From Octopus bimaculoides (Eukaryota): a DNA stretch of 61,171 nt. The notes under the pieces were generated by a model. It ran no database searches. It had not been told where the DNA came from and saw only the letters and a list, made by a program, of their open reading frames with translations. Below, in pieces: positions 12,050 through 24,226 of this stretch (position 1 is the stretch's first letter; each line of letters opens with the position of its first letter). The position numbers were made by a program, and so were the translations under genes. The stretch is taken from the NCBI RefSeq assembly GCF_001194135.2, contig NC_068985.1:15787310-15848480 (forward strand). The letters are read 5' to 3'.

Positions 12050-12275
12050 GATAAAGATGTATGTAGTTGTGTCTGTTTGTCCCCCCGCCTACCATCGCTT
12101 GATAACCGACGTTGGTGTTTTTACGTCCCCGTAACTTAACGGTTCGGCAAAAGAGAACGATAGAATAAGTACTAGGCTTACAAAGAATAAGTCTTGGGAT
12201 CGATTTGTTCGACTACAGTCGGTGCTCCAGCATGGCTGCAGTCAAATGACTGAAACAAGTAAAACAATAAAAGAA
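11653..12275 (+). mobile_element. SINE family A: 3' half (11653-11835) plus a full copy (11845-12275) with internal (TA)n
   Basis: Head gctgtgtggtaagaagcctgcttccc..ggttcagttcc; body gccttgtgagtggatttggtagacggaaactgaaagaagcccgtc; family tail. Confidence 0.92.
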
Positions 12276-12849
12276 TAACAATAAATTTTATAAGAAAAGT
12301 TAGAAGAATTAGGAATTATTTTCTACATTTCTAATTTTAGATAAGTTAGCTACTTTCGGACGTGGTTTGTTATTATATCATAACGTTTCTTGGGAACTTA
12401 GGCTACACTAATTTCCCGTTTATTCCTCCGAGTGTGTATTGTTGTCTTTAAAACCCATGACAAAGATTTGTATATGACAACTATTACTGCTTCCATTTCA
12501 TATGTGCCAATAGAGTTAATAGCTTATTGATAAAAACCACTTATTTATGAAAAGAGAAGCAGGTAAACAGAAATTTGATGTTTACTTCACGACGTGATAT
12601 ATATAATAAAGACGTTTAAATAAAATTAAAATAATTGTAAACGATATATTCTATAGCGAGTGAATGATGTGAGATAGTTCTCTAACAATAGTAATAATTA
12701 CGCCTGAAGGAAAACGTTAGTGAAAGACGAGACATTTAAATAATTATATTTCTTTCTTCGAAATGAAGCACGTTTGAAAGAATAATGGACATAATCAGTT
12801 GAAGGGCCTTAGAATTGCTGAACTGCTTCTTACGCAAGCCAACAAGAAA

Positions 12850-13035
12850 GTCTCTATCTGGTCGCTCGAACTTCTAGAAATAGCAGCCAAAGCTCCATCA
12901 AACCATACGAATACGATCTTTGCAAAAAACATATTGAGTAATATACTCTTGGAAAACAGACGAGATGTTCACGGTTGGAATGCTTTGGATCACAAGTTTG
13001 GTCAGTCAGTGTTGAGCTGGGACTAAACAACAACC
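12850..13035 (+). mobile_element. Repeat family D
   Basis: ttctagaaatagcagccaaa...ttcacggttggaatgctttggatcac...ctaaacaacaacc. Confidence 0.65.
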
Positions 13036-13336
13036 AGTGTTTCATTATTGCACACATTTGAACTGTGAACTAAATATGTACCAAAGTATCAACAGGTTAG
13101 AATCTAAACAACAGCCATTTGCTGTGTGGTATATTATGTTTTGAGTAAGTATTAAACTCCAAAACATTGATGGGCTGACGAATAGAATTAAAACAAATGC
13201 ATAATTTCAATTAAAGAAATCGTTAATGTGGGTAAGATGATTAAACGAAGCTGAGTATTAACTGACTCACAGTTTTAACCTCGTTCGAGATAACTATATG
13301 TTCGTATCGGTGATTTAATTAAATATAATTATTCCT

Positions 13337-13508
13337 TTTTAACGGTTAAACTTGAAGTAGATAAAGCTATGAATAACAGAGTACAAATTTTGAGTTAAAA
13401 TCTGTTTGGAGGCAGTTTTCGCCTTTTTTATATACAAAAGGTTTCATTAATCCAATATTTACATGCTATTATTTATAGCTTTATCTACTTCGAGTTCAAC
13501 CGTTAAAA
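13337..13508. repeat. 43-bp inverted repeat, 86-bp spacer (probable MITE remnant)
   Basis: Arms 13337-13379 and 13466-13508 match 39/43, and all mismatches are transitions. Confidence 0.8.
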
Positions 13509-14117
13509 TCAAATTATTTCACATCCTCTCGAAGTATCTATATTCTTATGACGAAAATAATTATCCCCAATTTTTTGTGTATAAATAACATCAAAATTTA
13601 TTCCAACTGTAACAACATACATGTTAAAAATTTCTTACGATTACATTCAGATAACTGTTGTCAAGTAGGTTAACAGAGATAAATGTTCTTCCTTTTCCAC
13701 CTTTTCCACAAATTACATTGTTCTAATCTTTTATGCACGTGTTAGTAATTGTTCATTACCCACACTTTTACAAGTTGAACTCTCTATATATATGGATACA
13801 CAAAAACGAACACATTTAAAAACATTCAGAAACATTATTTACTACGCATGTGATACATATGGTACCTCTAACTTGCTTTAAAATTGTATGAATATACCAA
13901 GCAAAATAGGTATTATTTGCTGGTATTTAGTTTTTATTTGCCCAAACAGAAATTCAGTTTTGCAATTGGAGTCGGCGTAGCTGATTGACTTACACTTGAA
14001 TTGGATTCAAATGTGAAACTCATAAGAAGAATTTGGTCTGGAAGACTTTGTCTCAAGTAATTTGATAGGTATATGGTTTCACAAGGAAAATGTGGCTCTA
14101 TTCAAACCTGGTATTTA

Positions 14118-15439
14118 TTAGGTAGTCAAGAAAGTCCTTGCTGAAGTTTTAATTTTGGTTTTAAATGATATATTTTCAAATTAATTTTCATTAAATTACT
14201 TTGACTTTACACATCATTTTAAAGCCCGTTTTTCGCTCTATCAAATCGTGTTACTCTTTTTCTTTTTGAATAATTAGGCCATTTTTTCCGGAACGTTGAA
14301 TACAACATGGATAAAAAGCAAATTCGCACAATTTTTTAAATTTCAGTTCAAGCTAGGCCGAAAAGCTGCTGAAACAGCTCGCGATATCAACGATGCGTTT
14401 GGCCCAGGAACCATTAATGAACGCACAGCACAATGGTGGTTCAAGAAATTTCGTAGTGGTGACGAGAGTCTTGAAGAAGATAAGCGTAGTGGTCGGCCAT
14501 CGGATGTTGACAACGATCAACTAAGAGCCTTAGTCGAAGCCAATCCACGCACAACTGTTCGAGAGCTTGCTTCTGAATTAGACGTAACGTATATNNNNNN
14601 NNNNNNNNNNNNNNNNNNNNNNNNNNNNNNNNNNNNNNNNNNNNNNNNNNNNNNNNNNNNNNNNNNNNNNNNNNNNNNNNNNNNNNNNNNNNNNNNNNNN
14701 NNNNNNNNNNNNNNNNNNNNNNNNNNNNNNNNNNNNNNNNNNNNNNNNNNNNNNNNNNNNNNNNNNNNNNNNNNNNNNNNNNNNNNNNNNNNNNNNNNNN
14801 NNNNNNNNNNNNNNNNNNNNNNNNNNNNNNNNNNNNNNNNNNNNNNNNNNNNNNNNNNNNNNNNNNNNNNNNNNNNNNNNNNNNNNNNNNNNNNNNNNNN
14901 NNNNNNNNNNNNNNNNNNNNNNNNNNNNNNNNNNNNNNNNNNNNNNNNNNNNNNNNNNNNNNNNNNNNNNNNNNNNNNNNNNNNNNNNNNNNNNNNNNNN
15001 NNNNNNNNNNNNNNNNNNNNNNNNNNNNNNNNNNNNNNNNNAACAGAAAAGGACCAATTCTTCTCCACGACAACACTCGACCGCATGTCACACAACTTAC
15101 CCTGCAGAAGTTGAACGAATTGGGCTACGAAACTCTGCCTCATCCGCCATACTCACCAGACCTCTCACCTACCGACCACCACTTTTTCAAGCGTCTCGAC
15201 AACTTTCTGCGTGAGAAATGCTTAAAAAACCAAGACGATGCCAAACACGCCTTCAACGACTTCATCGCCACTAGAACGTAGGATTTTTATACTACCGGCA
15301 TAAATAAACTTGTTTCGCGTTGGCAAAAGTGTGTTGATTCTGATGATGTTTATTTCGATTAATAAAGTTTTGTTTGAATTGAGATATGTACATCTGAATT
15401 TAAAGGTTAAAAGCCGCAAGAACTTTATTGACAACCTAA
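14118..15439 (+). mobile_element. Full-length mariner element (about 1.3 kb), cecropia/Hsmar1-like
   Basis: TA-flanked TIRs ttaggtagtcaagaaagtccttgc and gcaagaactttattgacaacctaa, with a transposase between them; the centre lies in an N-gap. Confidence 0.95.
14307..15362 (+). pseudogene. Mariner DD34D transposase, inactivated
   Basis: MDKKQIRTIF, then a +1 frameshift, FQFKLGRKAAETARDINDAFGPGTINERTAQWWFKKFRSG...RSGRPS; C-terminus HDNTRPH...HPPYSPDLSPTDHHFFK (34 residues between the Ds); in-frame TAG before DFYTTGINKLVSRWQKCV. Confidence 0.95.
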
Positions 15440-15952
15440 TAGTTACATTTCTACATTCTGAGTTTAAACTCCGCCGAGTTCGACCACGCAACATCTCCCC
15501 ACAGAGGTCAATAAAAACGTATCAATCAAAATTCTAGCTTCCATTAAAATAACTTAACACTTCAACCACGAATTCGCTACCTTAATCTTATCTGAAAAAA
15601 GAAAATGTTAATATTAATAGAAATGCTTACACCATTAATGTATTGCATATGAGTTTTGAAACAATTGAAACTTTTATATTTTAGTTTCTATGGAAACTCA
15701 AATAAGTGTAAAGCCGAGGTTATAAAATAAAAATATGAGAGCAGCTGTTATTTTGTCGTATACAAAATAAATAGTCAATAAAAAAATTCGCTGGAATTTA
15801 AATACATATAACTGATATATTTTATCATAAAATATATCAATAAATAAATAAATTCTTCTAATTTAGTATGTAGTATTCAGATTATCATTGAATAAGTGGT
15901 GAGATAAAACATAAGCTACACAGATATCTACAGTCATAATTACAGAGTGTAG

Positions 15953-16090
15953 GAACCTAAATATCAACAAATCAACGAGGGAATATTTGCACCTGGAGTG
16001 AATTGCAAATGTATCAGAATCTATGGTGGCGCAGCTGTGCTGAGAAATATTATGAATCTTTACTTTTACGAAAACATTGATGTAGTATTG
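15953..16090 (+). CDS. Candidate isolated exon (46 codons), product unknown
   Basis: AG|GAA...TTG|GTAAGT; 138 nt; open as EPKYQQINEGIFAPGVNCKCIRIYGGAAVLRNIMNLYFYENIDVVL; weak acceptor. Confidence 0.25.
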
Positions 16091-17089
16091 GTAAGTATGA
16101 TATACACTACATATTAGTTTGATGTCTCACTCTTAAGACTTAAATATTCTTTTATATGGGTTTTATAGGTTTCGTTAGAAGGTGGATTCCAATTTGAACG
16201 AGAGCAAAAGTTTGTTCGTGAGCAATCGGTTTGCTGCCCTTGATCTATGTGTTCGATTGAAATTGAGGTTAAATCTCCTTCAAATAACACGCTAAAGTCT
16301 GCATAACATTGAGCATGTTAGATAGAGTAATCGTAGATACACTATGGCTGCAAAAATGCTGGAACGCTAATGATTACATATCTAATAAATCTGGGTAGAT
16401 CTGATGCTAAAGAACAAGAATAGCTATCAAATCCAAAAGTATCTGTGTTATTAAATATCATTAAAGAGAAAAGCGTATGTCACTGAGTAATTAGGTTCCT
16501 GGACAATCATACGTGAGAGACTAGTAATATATTCTAAGTCGTTGACATATATGGCCATAATGAACAGAACTAATCGCTTAAATACTCCAACACCGAGCCT
16601 GGTACTTCACTGAAGTAACAATTCTTTGCTATAAGCAGTGTTCGTACGGCGAAATTGATTCTAGTTTCGTTAGAGTTTGTGCTTAAGGAGGTGAAACCGC
16701 AGATGCATGGTCCCAATAGACCTAAACTCGATCTTACTGTGCGGCATCTTCCGCAAGTCTTTTCTGTTTCAGGTTCGTGAATAGCTTGTGAATTGTGGCG
16801 AGAGTCATGACACCCGCTTCGAGAACAGACTTGACCGAACGGCTATGAATAGCAGTGGTCTGAGTGAGATAGGGACAGAGTAGGCGTTAATCGTAGGAAG
16901 TCGTAAGGTATCGTTTTGGTAGTTTTGTCGGTATATTGTTTGTTGGTGCGCGTATAGTTCGTGGAGAGTTTGTTGGATTGTTACGTTGTTAATACCCTGC
17001 TCCGTTAAATGTTTGATTGTTACTACACAGTTATAGTACAAAAAAGTATCGTCATAACAATTAGCGATGCAACAGTGAATGGGATTTGG

Positions 17090-17293
17090 ATATATATATA
17101 TATATGTGTGTATTACGGAGATGCACTTGCATAGCAAGTGACCTGATCTGAGATCGTGTGCTGGAACGAAAACAATTGCAGCGTGGAAGGTGTTTATAAG
17201 CCATTTAAAATAACACACAAAATCCGTTAGATTCACTTCAACATTTAAATTTAATTTGTCAAAATATTTTCGTCACTTAGAGACCGCGACCTG
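17090..17293 (-). mobile_element. Interspersed repeat, possibly a Penelope pseudo-LTR remnant
   Basis: caggtcgcggtctctaagtgacgaaaatattttgacaaattaaatt... resembles a repeat I recall from octopus; recall only, unverified. Confidence 0.35.
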
Positions 17294-17307
17294 TATATAT
17301 ATATATA

Positions 17308-17467
17308 CTAGCTGGTGTACCCGGTAACTCCCGGAGGTAAAGATGTTCTATTGAAACGCCTTATTACTCTGATATAAGAAAGCAATTTCGTTATAACTAC
17401 CGCAAAGGTGTATTTCCGTCATGAAAAAGTACAAAAACTGTCAGCTGGAGGAGGGAGATATTGTTGG
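17308..17467 (-). mobile_element. Probable Helitron 3' terminus, the rest lying in the gap
   Basis: Minus strand ...ccgggagttaccgggtacaccagCTAG|T: a short ccgg/ccgg hairpin about 10 nt before CTAG, followed by T. Confidence 0.55.
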
Positions 17468-18023
17468 NNNNNNNNNNNNNNNNNNNNNNNNNNNNNNNNN
17501 NNNNNNNNNNNNNNNNNNNNNNNNNNNNNNNNNNNNNNNNNNNNNNNNNNNNNNNNNNNNNNNNNNNNNNNNNNNNNNNNNNNNNNNNNNNNNNNNNNNN
17601 NNNNNNNNNNNNNNNNNNNNNNNNNNNNNNNNNNNNNNNNNNNNNNNNNNNNNNNNNNNNNNNNNNNNNNNNNNNNNNNNNNNNNNNNNNNNNNNNNNNN
17701 NNNNNNNNNNNNNNNNNNNNNNNNNNNNNNNNNNNNNNNNNNNNNNNNNNNNNNNNNNNNNNNNNNNNNNNNNNNNNNNNNNNNNNNNNNNNNNNNNNNN
17801 NNNNNNNNNNNNNNNNNNNNNNNNNNNNNNNNNNNNNNNNNNNNNNNNNNNNNNNNNNNNNNNNNNNNNNNNNNNNNNNNNNNNNNNNNNNNNNNNNNNN
17901 NNNNNNNNNNNNNNNNNNNNNNNNNNNNNNNNNNNNNNNNNNNNNNNNNNNNNNNNNNNNNNNNNNNNNNNNNNNNNNNNNNNNNNNNNNNNNNNNNNNN
18001 NNNNNNNNNNNNNNNNNNNNNNN

Positions 18024-18250
18024 TATATGTGTGTGTGTGAGCGTGTGCATGTATTAGTGTGTCTGTCCCCCTCCCACTATCGCTTGACAACCGATGCTGG
18101 TGTGTTTATGTCCCCGTAACTTAGCGGTTCGGCAAAAGAGACCGATACAATAAGTCCTCAGGTCGATTTCTTCGACTAGCACCCTTTAAAGCGGTGCTCC
18201 AGCATGACTGCAGTCAAATGACTGAAACAAGTAAAAGAATAAAAGAAAAA
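18024..18250 (+). mobile_element. SINE family A, 3' half
   Basis: cgcttgacaaccgatgctggtgtgtttatgtccccgtaacttagcggttcggc...family tail. Confidence 0.92.
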
Positions 18251-18408
18251 CGGAATATGTGTGTGTGTGTGTGTGTGTGTGTGAGTAACCACACACACAT
18301 ACACACACACACACACATATTGTACTGGACTGCACTTGACTGCATATGCGGTGGGCCAAACATTTGACATTGTATTTATATTACGTTACTATGATTATTA
18401 TTATTACA

Positions 18409-18605
18409 AAGGCGGCGAGTGGGCAGAGTGGCTAGCACGCCGGGCAGTATGCTTAGCGGCGTTTCGACTTTGTCTTTCATCCTTTAGGCTATCACCCTTT
18501 AGGGGGGGGGGGTCGATAAAATAAGTACCAGTTGAACTCTGTCGTTAATGTAATCGACTTATCCTTTACCCCCAGAATTGCCGCCTTTGTGCCAGAATTT
18601 GAAAC
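18409..18605 (+). mobile_element. SINE family B
   Basis: aaggcggcgagtgggcagag..gtcgataaaataagtaccagttg..gcctttgtgccagaattt. Confidence 0.85.
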
Positions 18606-19194
18606 CCCTATTCTTATTAATTTCGCTCATCATATACAAGTACGTGTGTATTCATCATTATTTTATTTATTTTATTCAATTTTAGAAAGACTGAAGCACG
18701 TCTTTAACAATTCCGAAGCGCATTGAACTTGTTTTGTGCGTGACATTTGAACCACCTTGTAATTTTTATCCATCACGTCGTACCCATGTGACTTCTAGAA
18801 TACTAATCAATATATATTGTAAATATTATCACACCTTTAACTGTCTTATACTATATATCGTAAGTCTAACATTTCACTTGCTTGTGCTTTATAGAATCAT
18901 GCAGTGTATATGGTATATCTGACAGCGCTTGCGTATACACTTTCGTATTATTCAATGTTTATCCTGGATATACGGTGTTAAATCATAATCTTGAGCTGTG
19001 ATTTCCAATCATTTCGATCTTCAGAATAGCAAATAAAGTGTAAATAGCTGTTGCAATACAGCATCAGGTTTTAAAAAATTTCTTGACGTATGAGAAGTAG
19101 AAAGCAAGTAGTAAAATTATTTTAAGACAATGATATATTGGATGATGCCCTGAACGAGTTCGCATGCAACAATGCAGAATATTAAAAATACCCG

Positions 19195-19606
19195 AGATAT
19201 GGCTGTGTCGTTAAGAAGCTCACTTTGCATCTATGTGGTTTCGGGGAGCAATTTCGCGGCACCACAACATGAGCAAATGTTTTCCACTATAACTTTGGGT
19301 CGATCGATGCCTTGTGAGGGAATTTGATAGACAGAAACTGAGTGGAAGCTAGTCGTATATGTGTATATACACCCCCCCCACACACACACATATATATATA
19401 TATTGATAGAAAGGACAACAAAAGACAGAAAGAGACCTCGATATTATGTAAATAGAGGAATTTATCTGTAAAAATATGTGACACTTATTCGGTAGCCATC
19501 ATATAACTCCGAGTTTCGTNNNNNNNNNNNNNNNNNNNNNNNNNNNNNNNNNNNNNNNNNNNNNNNNNNNNNNNNNNNNNNNNNNNNNNNNNNNNNNNNN
19601 NNNNNN

Positions 19607-19662
<56 letters not shown>

Positions 19663-19870
19663 GTGGGCGTGTGTTTGTCCCAACCACCGCTTGACAACTG
19701 GTGTTGGTTTGCTTACATTCCTGTAACTGTTCGGCAAAAAAAGATCGATAAAATAAGTACCAGGCTTTTAAGAAAACGTACTGGAGTCGATTTGTTCAAC
19801 TAGATCCTCCAAGGTGGTGCCCCACCATGGCCATTCTTCAATGGCTTAAGCAATTCAAAGATAAAAGAAA
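19195..19870 (+). mobile_element. Diverged SINE family A spanning a gap
   Basis: Head ggctgtgtcgttaagaagc; body gccttgtgagggaatttgatagacagaaactg; tail ggtggtgccccaccatggcc. Confidence 0.7.
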
Positions 19871-20950
19871 AAATATAAAAAATATTATATCGTTTTCAGA
19901 GACACCGCAACAGTTCGCAGCCCATTTGCGGACTAGATGTGTCGGCACAACTCCGGTCCATATACGTCGCATAAGTTTTCCTGAGTACAGAAATTGAAAA
20001 CATCTGATATTGAGCACTAGACAATGTACATAGAATATATATTGACAAGGTGTGTATTTCAATTGTCTCCATATTTTGTCGCTGTTTCATTATTTGGTAT
20101 TGTAATCACGAGGAGATGTTAATATATTGGTACCAAAGAGGAAATTTTATCAGGCAGAGACTGAAATAACAATATCTGGCATCCAATATTGATTTCTGGA
20201 TAATCGAAAATCTTTTTTTTTTTTTCCTGATATAGGCTGAAAGCTACACTATTCATATAATGTTATAAATATGTATATTAGAAAAAAATTAGTTAGCGTA
20301 TCATTTCACACGCCACACACAAAGGAAAAAACACAAAACAAAGCAAGTGCAGATACCGACACATACCTACCTACATACATGCGTGCATGTTTAAACAGGT
20401 ACAGAAATACATGCGTNNNNNNNNNNNNNNNNNNNNNNNNNNNNNNNNNNNNNNNNNNNNNNNNNNNNNNNNNNNNNNNNNNNNNNNNNNNNNNNNNNNN
20501 NNNNNNNNNNNNNNNNNNNNNNNNNNNNNNNNNNNNNNNNNNNNNNNNNNNNNNNNNNNNNNNNNNNNNNNNNNNNNNNNNNNNNNNNNNNNNNNNNNNN
20601 NNNNNNNNNNNNNNNNNNNNNNNNNNNNNNNNNNNNNNNNNNNNNNNNNNNNNNNNNNNNNNNNNNNNNNNNNNNNNNNNNNNNNNNNNNNNNNNNNNNN
20701 NNNNNNNNNNNNNNNNNNNNNNNNNNNNNNNNNNNNNNNNNNNNNNNNNNNNNNNNNNNNNNNNNNNNNNNNNNNNNNNNNNNNNNNNNNNNNNNNNNNN
20801 NNNNNNNNNNNNNNNNNNNNNNNNNNNNNNNNNNNNNNNNNNNNNNNNNNNNNNNNNNNNNNNNNNNNNNNNNNNNNNNNNNNNNNNNNNNNNNNNNNNN
20901 NNNNNNNNNNNNNNNNNNNNNNNNNNNNNNNNNNNNNNNNNNNATATATT

Positions 20951-20981
<31 letters not shown>

Positions 20982-21984
20982 ATATTTATATATATAAGTG
21001 TGTGTGTGTGTGTGTAAGTATATACATGTATGTATGTATATGCATATATGTATGTATACACATACATTGCTTGCTTATGACTGGCCCTTGAATTCAATGA
21101 TGACCATCTCCTCCGATTGTAGATCCTTTTGTGATTGCAAAACATGATGTATACCACATACCTATACACACGTTGTCACACACGTGCGCGCTTATACATG
21201 CAACGTGTGTATGTTTGTGTGTGTGTGTGTGTGTGAGTGATTATCATGATGTTCCATTACCATTATTACATGGGTGTGAAAGCTCTTTTGCCTTATTGTC
21301 TACAAAATGAAATTGTATGTAAGTCAACTGCACGCAAATGTTACGGGAACTTTGATATACTGACGTTCGTGATTATATTAATAAGGAACTGATGAGCATA
21401 TAAAAAAAAATTTAAATATTCAAGATAAATATCTATGAAAGAAGTAAATTTTCACACTAAAGAATTATTAAAAAGGATATTTGTAGCATCGAAACGGATT
21501 ATCAATTTTTCGTTATATTTGATTTCACAGCAGCAAACAGAATTTTCTCACGTATAGTACCATAAAAATAATCTCAGTGAATACGTATTGCATATTCTAT
21601 GAACATAAAGAGGCAGGAAGGACATAATTAAATACGAATTGAGGAATGAAAAGCACAGGAAAAATGTTAAAGAAAAAAGACAAAAATATTTTAAAAGAGA
21701 AAATGACTATTTTTCTGTTCTTTTTAAGATATTGAATAAAATCATGATTTTTCTCTTATATGATGGTATTATATGAATTGTGTTGACATTGTGTACAACG
21801 ATTTGTATATAATTTAATTTCTTTTTTGTAGAAGCAGACATGGCTGGGTGAATAAGACGTTTGCTTTATAAACACTTAGTGTGGGTTCTATTATTTAAGA
21901 GATGAGGAATTACGTACATTATTTACATTATTTACATTCGACGGATATTTGTCCTCATCTTTCACATTGCGCCAGTCCACCCAC

Positions 21985-22145
21985 CTGTATTTCAAAGTGC
22001 CAGCCTTGTCGCATTCTGTGTCACGCTGAATCTCCTTGAAAGCTTCGTCTGTGGAATGCTCAGCCACTTCAAAGTTAATTTCACGAACAGGCTGTTCCGT
22101 CGATCGGATCAACTGGAGCCCTCGTCGTCGTAACCGACGGAGTAC
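21985..22145 (+). mobile_element. SINE family C, 3' fragment
   Basis: cagccttgtc..gtcacgctgaat..ctcagccact..gatcggatcaactgga..cgacggagtacca. Confidence 0.85.
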
Positions 22146-22305
22146 CAGTTTTTAAGTAAATCAGAAAGATGAGGTAGCACGTATTTGGACCAGGGGATGG
22201 GGTACATCTGTGTGTGACGTGAGTCAGTCAGTCAGTCAAGCTTTGTTTTAGTGCAGCAGCACTGCACTAAACAGAGGGACTCCATTATGGAATTCACCGG
22301 AGCTT

Positions 22306-22637
22306 TTATTCTTTTACTTGTTTCAGCCATTTGATTGCGGCCATGCTGAAGCACCGCTTTTAGTCGAATCAAATCGACCCCAGGGCTTATTCTTTGTAAG
22401 CCTAGTACTTATCCTAACGGTCTCTTTTGCCGAACCGCTAAGTTACGGGGACCTAAACACACCAGCGTCGGTTGTCAANNNNNNNNNNTCAGTTTCCATC
22501 TACCAAATCCACTCACAAAGCTTTGGTCGGCCCGAGACTATAGTAGAAGACACTTGCCCAAGGTGCCACGCAGTGGGACTGAACCCGGAACTATGTGGTT
22601 GGTAAGGAAGCTTCTTACCATACAGCCACTCCTGCGC
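22306..22637 (-). mobile_element. SINE family A
   Basis: Reverse complement of tail and head (gtgccacgcagtgggactgaacccggaac..cttaccatacagccac); 11-N gap inside. Confidence 0.92.
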
Positions 22638-23287
22638 TTTGTTGAAATTTGTTGGATGTTAGTAATATAGCGGAGATATTTTCTGTTTCTGAAGAGAAGA
22701 TTCAGTCTGTGTGAGATGCATTCCTATATTAAAGGTGTTCTTTTCCCAGCAGACATCTTTGGTTTCACAAGTATAGCACGGGGTCTTGTGTGCTGCTCAT
22801 ATAAAAGCAGGGTGAGATGCGATAACGTTTTCTTGGTAGGAACAATATTTTTTTTCTACCGACAGAGACAAGGCTAATATGTCTCCGTCGGAGGATGCTT
22901 TTGATGTCGATGTTTACGGAGTTAATTAGGTTCAGTGTGTGGTGTCTATGTCTACCATAAACTCATTGATTTTTTTATGAAATGAAAACATATCTATTTA
23001 TCTTCTTGGTCAGCTAATCGATTCACCAATGTTGGATTTTCACGGTTTCCTCTAATCTTTTCGACAAAAAATAAATATCGTATGTGTCGATGTATAAGGT
23101 AATCGATGCATAAAACTATTTCCAAAATTTCCATTTAAAATCCGTTTTGAGCTATATTCATTAAATTGGACCGTCTAACACTTTTTCACAATAATGAGTT
23201 ACAAATTTGGTTTCAGTTCAATATATAGACATTTTTCATACGATCTACGCACGTGTTTTTTTAACACGTTCAATGTACATTGAATTT

Positions 23288-23520
23288 AAGGCGGCGAACG
23301 GGCAGAATCGTTAGCACGCCGGGTGAAATGCTTAGCGGTGTTTCGTCTACCGTTACGTTCTGAGTTCAAATTCGCCCGAAGTCATCTTTGCCTTTCATCT
23401 TTTCGGGGTTGATTAAATAAGTACCTGTTACGTAATGGGGTCGATGTAATTGACTTAATTCTTTTGTCTGTCCTTGTTTGACCCCTTTATATTTAGCCCC
23501 TGTGGGCAATAAAGAAATAA
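23288..23520 (+). mobile_element. SINE family B (alternative tail)
   Basis: A box-like GGGCAGAATCG, B box-like GAGTTCAAATTC, central ctttgcctttcatcttttcggggttgatt. Confidence 0.9.
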
Positions 23521-23842
23521 ATATACATTGAATTTAAACATGAATGCACATAACCTAATGGTGAAAATGTTGCACTCATGATTGTCAGATCGTATTTTCG
23601 ATTCCCAGACCAGGCAGTGCATTGTATTCTTGAACAAAACACTTCATTTCGCTTTGCTCTGTCTCCCTTCATTTATATGAAGATTATCGATGTTTTAACG
23701 GTTTCTGCTTGATCAAAAAATAACATACCCCTAATTAATAAGGGTTCGGAATTTGATACACACGACTGAGTGTATATTGCCTTAATAGACTTTAACCAAT
23801 CAATCCAGTGACCAGTGGAATGATGCTGCTTAGCACACCACT

Positions 23843-24226
23843 GTGGAGGCGCAATGGCCCAGTGGTTAGGGCAGCGGACTCGCGGTCATAGGATCGCAGT
23901 TTCGATTCCCAGACCGGGCGTTGTGAGTGTTTATTGAGCGAAAAGACTTAAAGCTCCACGAGGCTCCGGCAGGGGATGGTAGCGAACTCTGCTGTACTCT
24001 TCCACCACAACTTTCTCTCACTCTTACTTCCTGTTTCTGTTGTGCCTGTAATTCAAAGGGTCAGCCTTGTCACACTCTGTCACACTGAATATCCCTGAGA
24101 ACTACCTTAAGGGTACGCGTGTCTGTGGTGTGCTCAGCCACTTGCACGTTAATTTCACGAGCAAACTGTTCCGTTGATCGGATCAACCGGAACCCTCGAC
24201 GTCGTAAGCGACGGAGTGCCAACAAC
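23843..24226 (+). mobile_element. Full SINE family C with 11-bp TSD
   Basis: tRNA-like head TGGCCCAGTGGTTAGG...GTTTCGATTCCC; TSD agcacaccact (23832-42) and agcataccact (24227-37). Confidence 0.95.

Noticed and set aside
14296-15362. SETMAR/Metnase gene
   Set aside because: There is no SET domain, the TIRs are intact and the frame is disrupted, so this is a free mariner copy.
16805-17236. 143-aa minus-strand ORF
   Set aside because: It begins within a repeat, crosses a (TA)n tract and has no recognisable domain; G/T strand skew suppresses stops.
23843-23925. tRNA-like sequence with A and B boxes (also the heads of SINE A and B)
   Set aside because: It continues into a multicopy SINE body with a tail and TSD, and has no complete cloverleaf, so it is not a tRNA gene.
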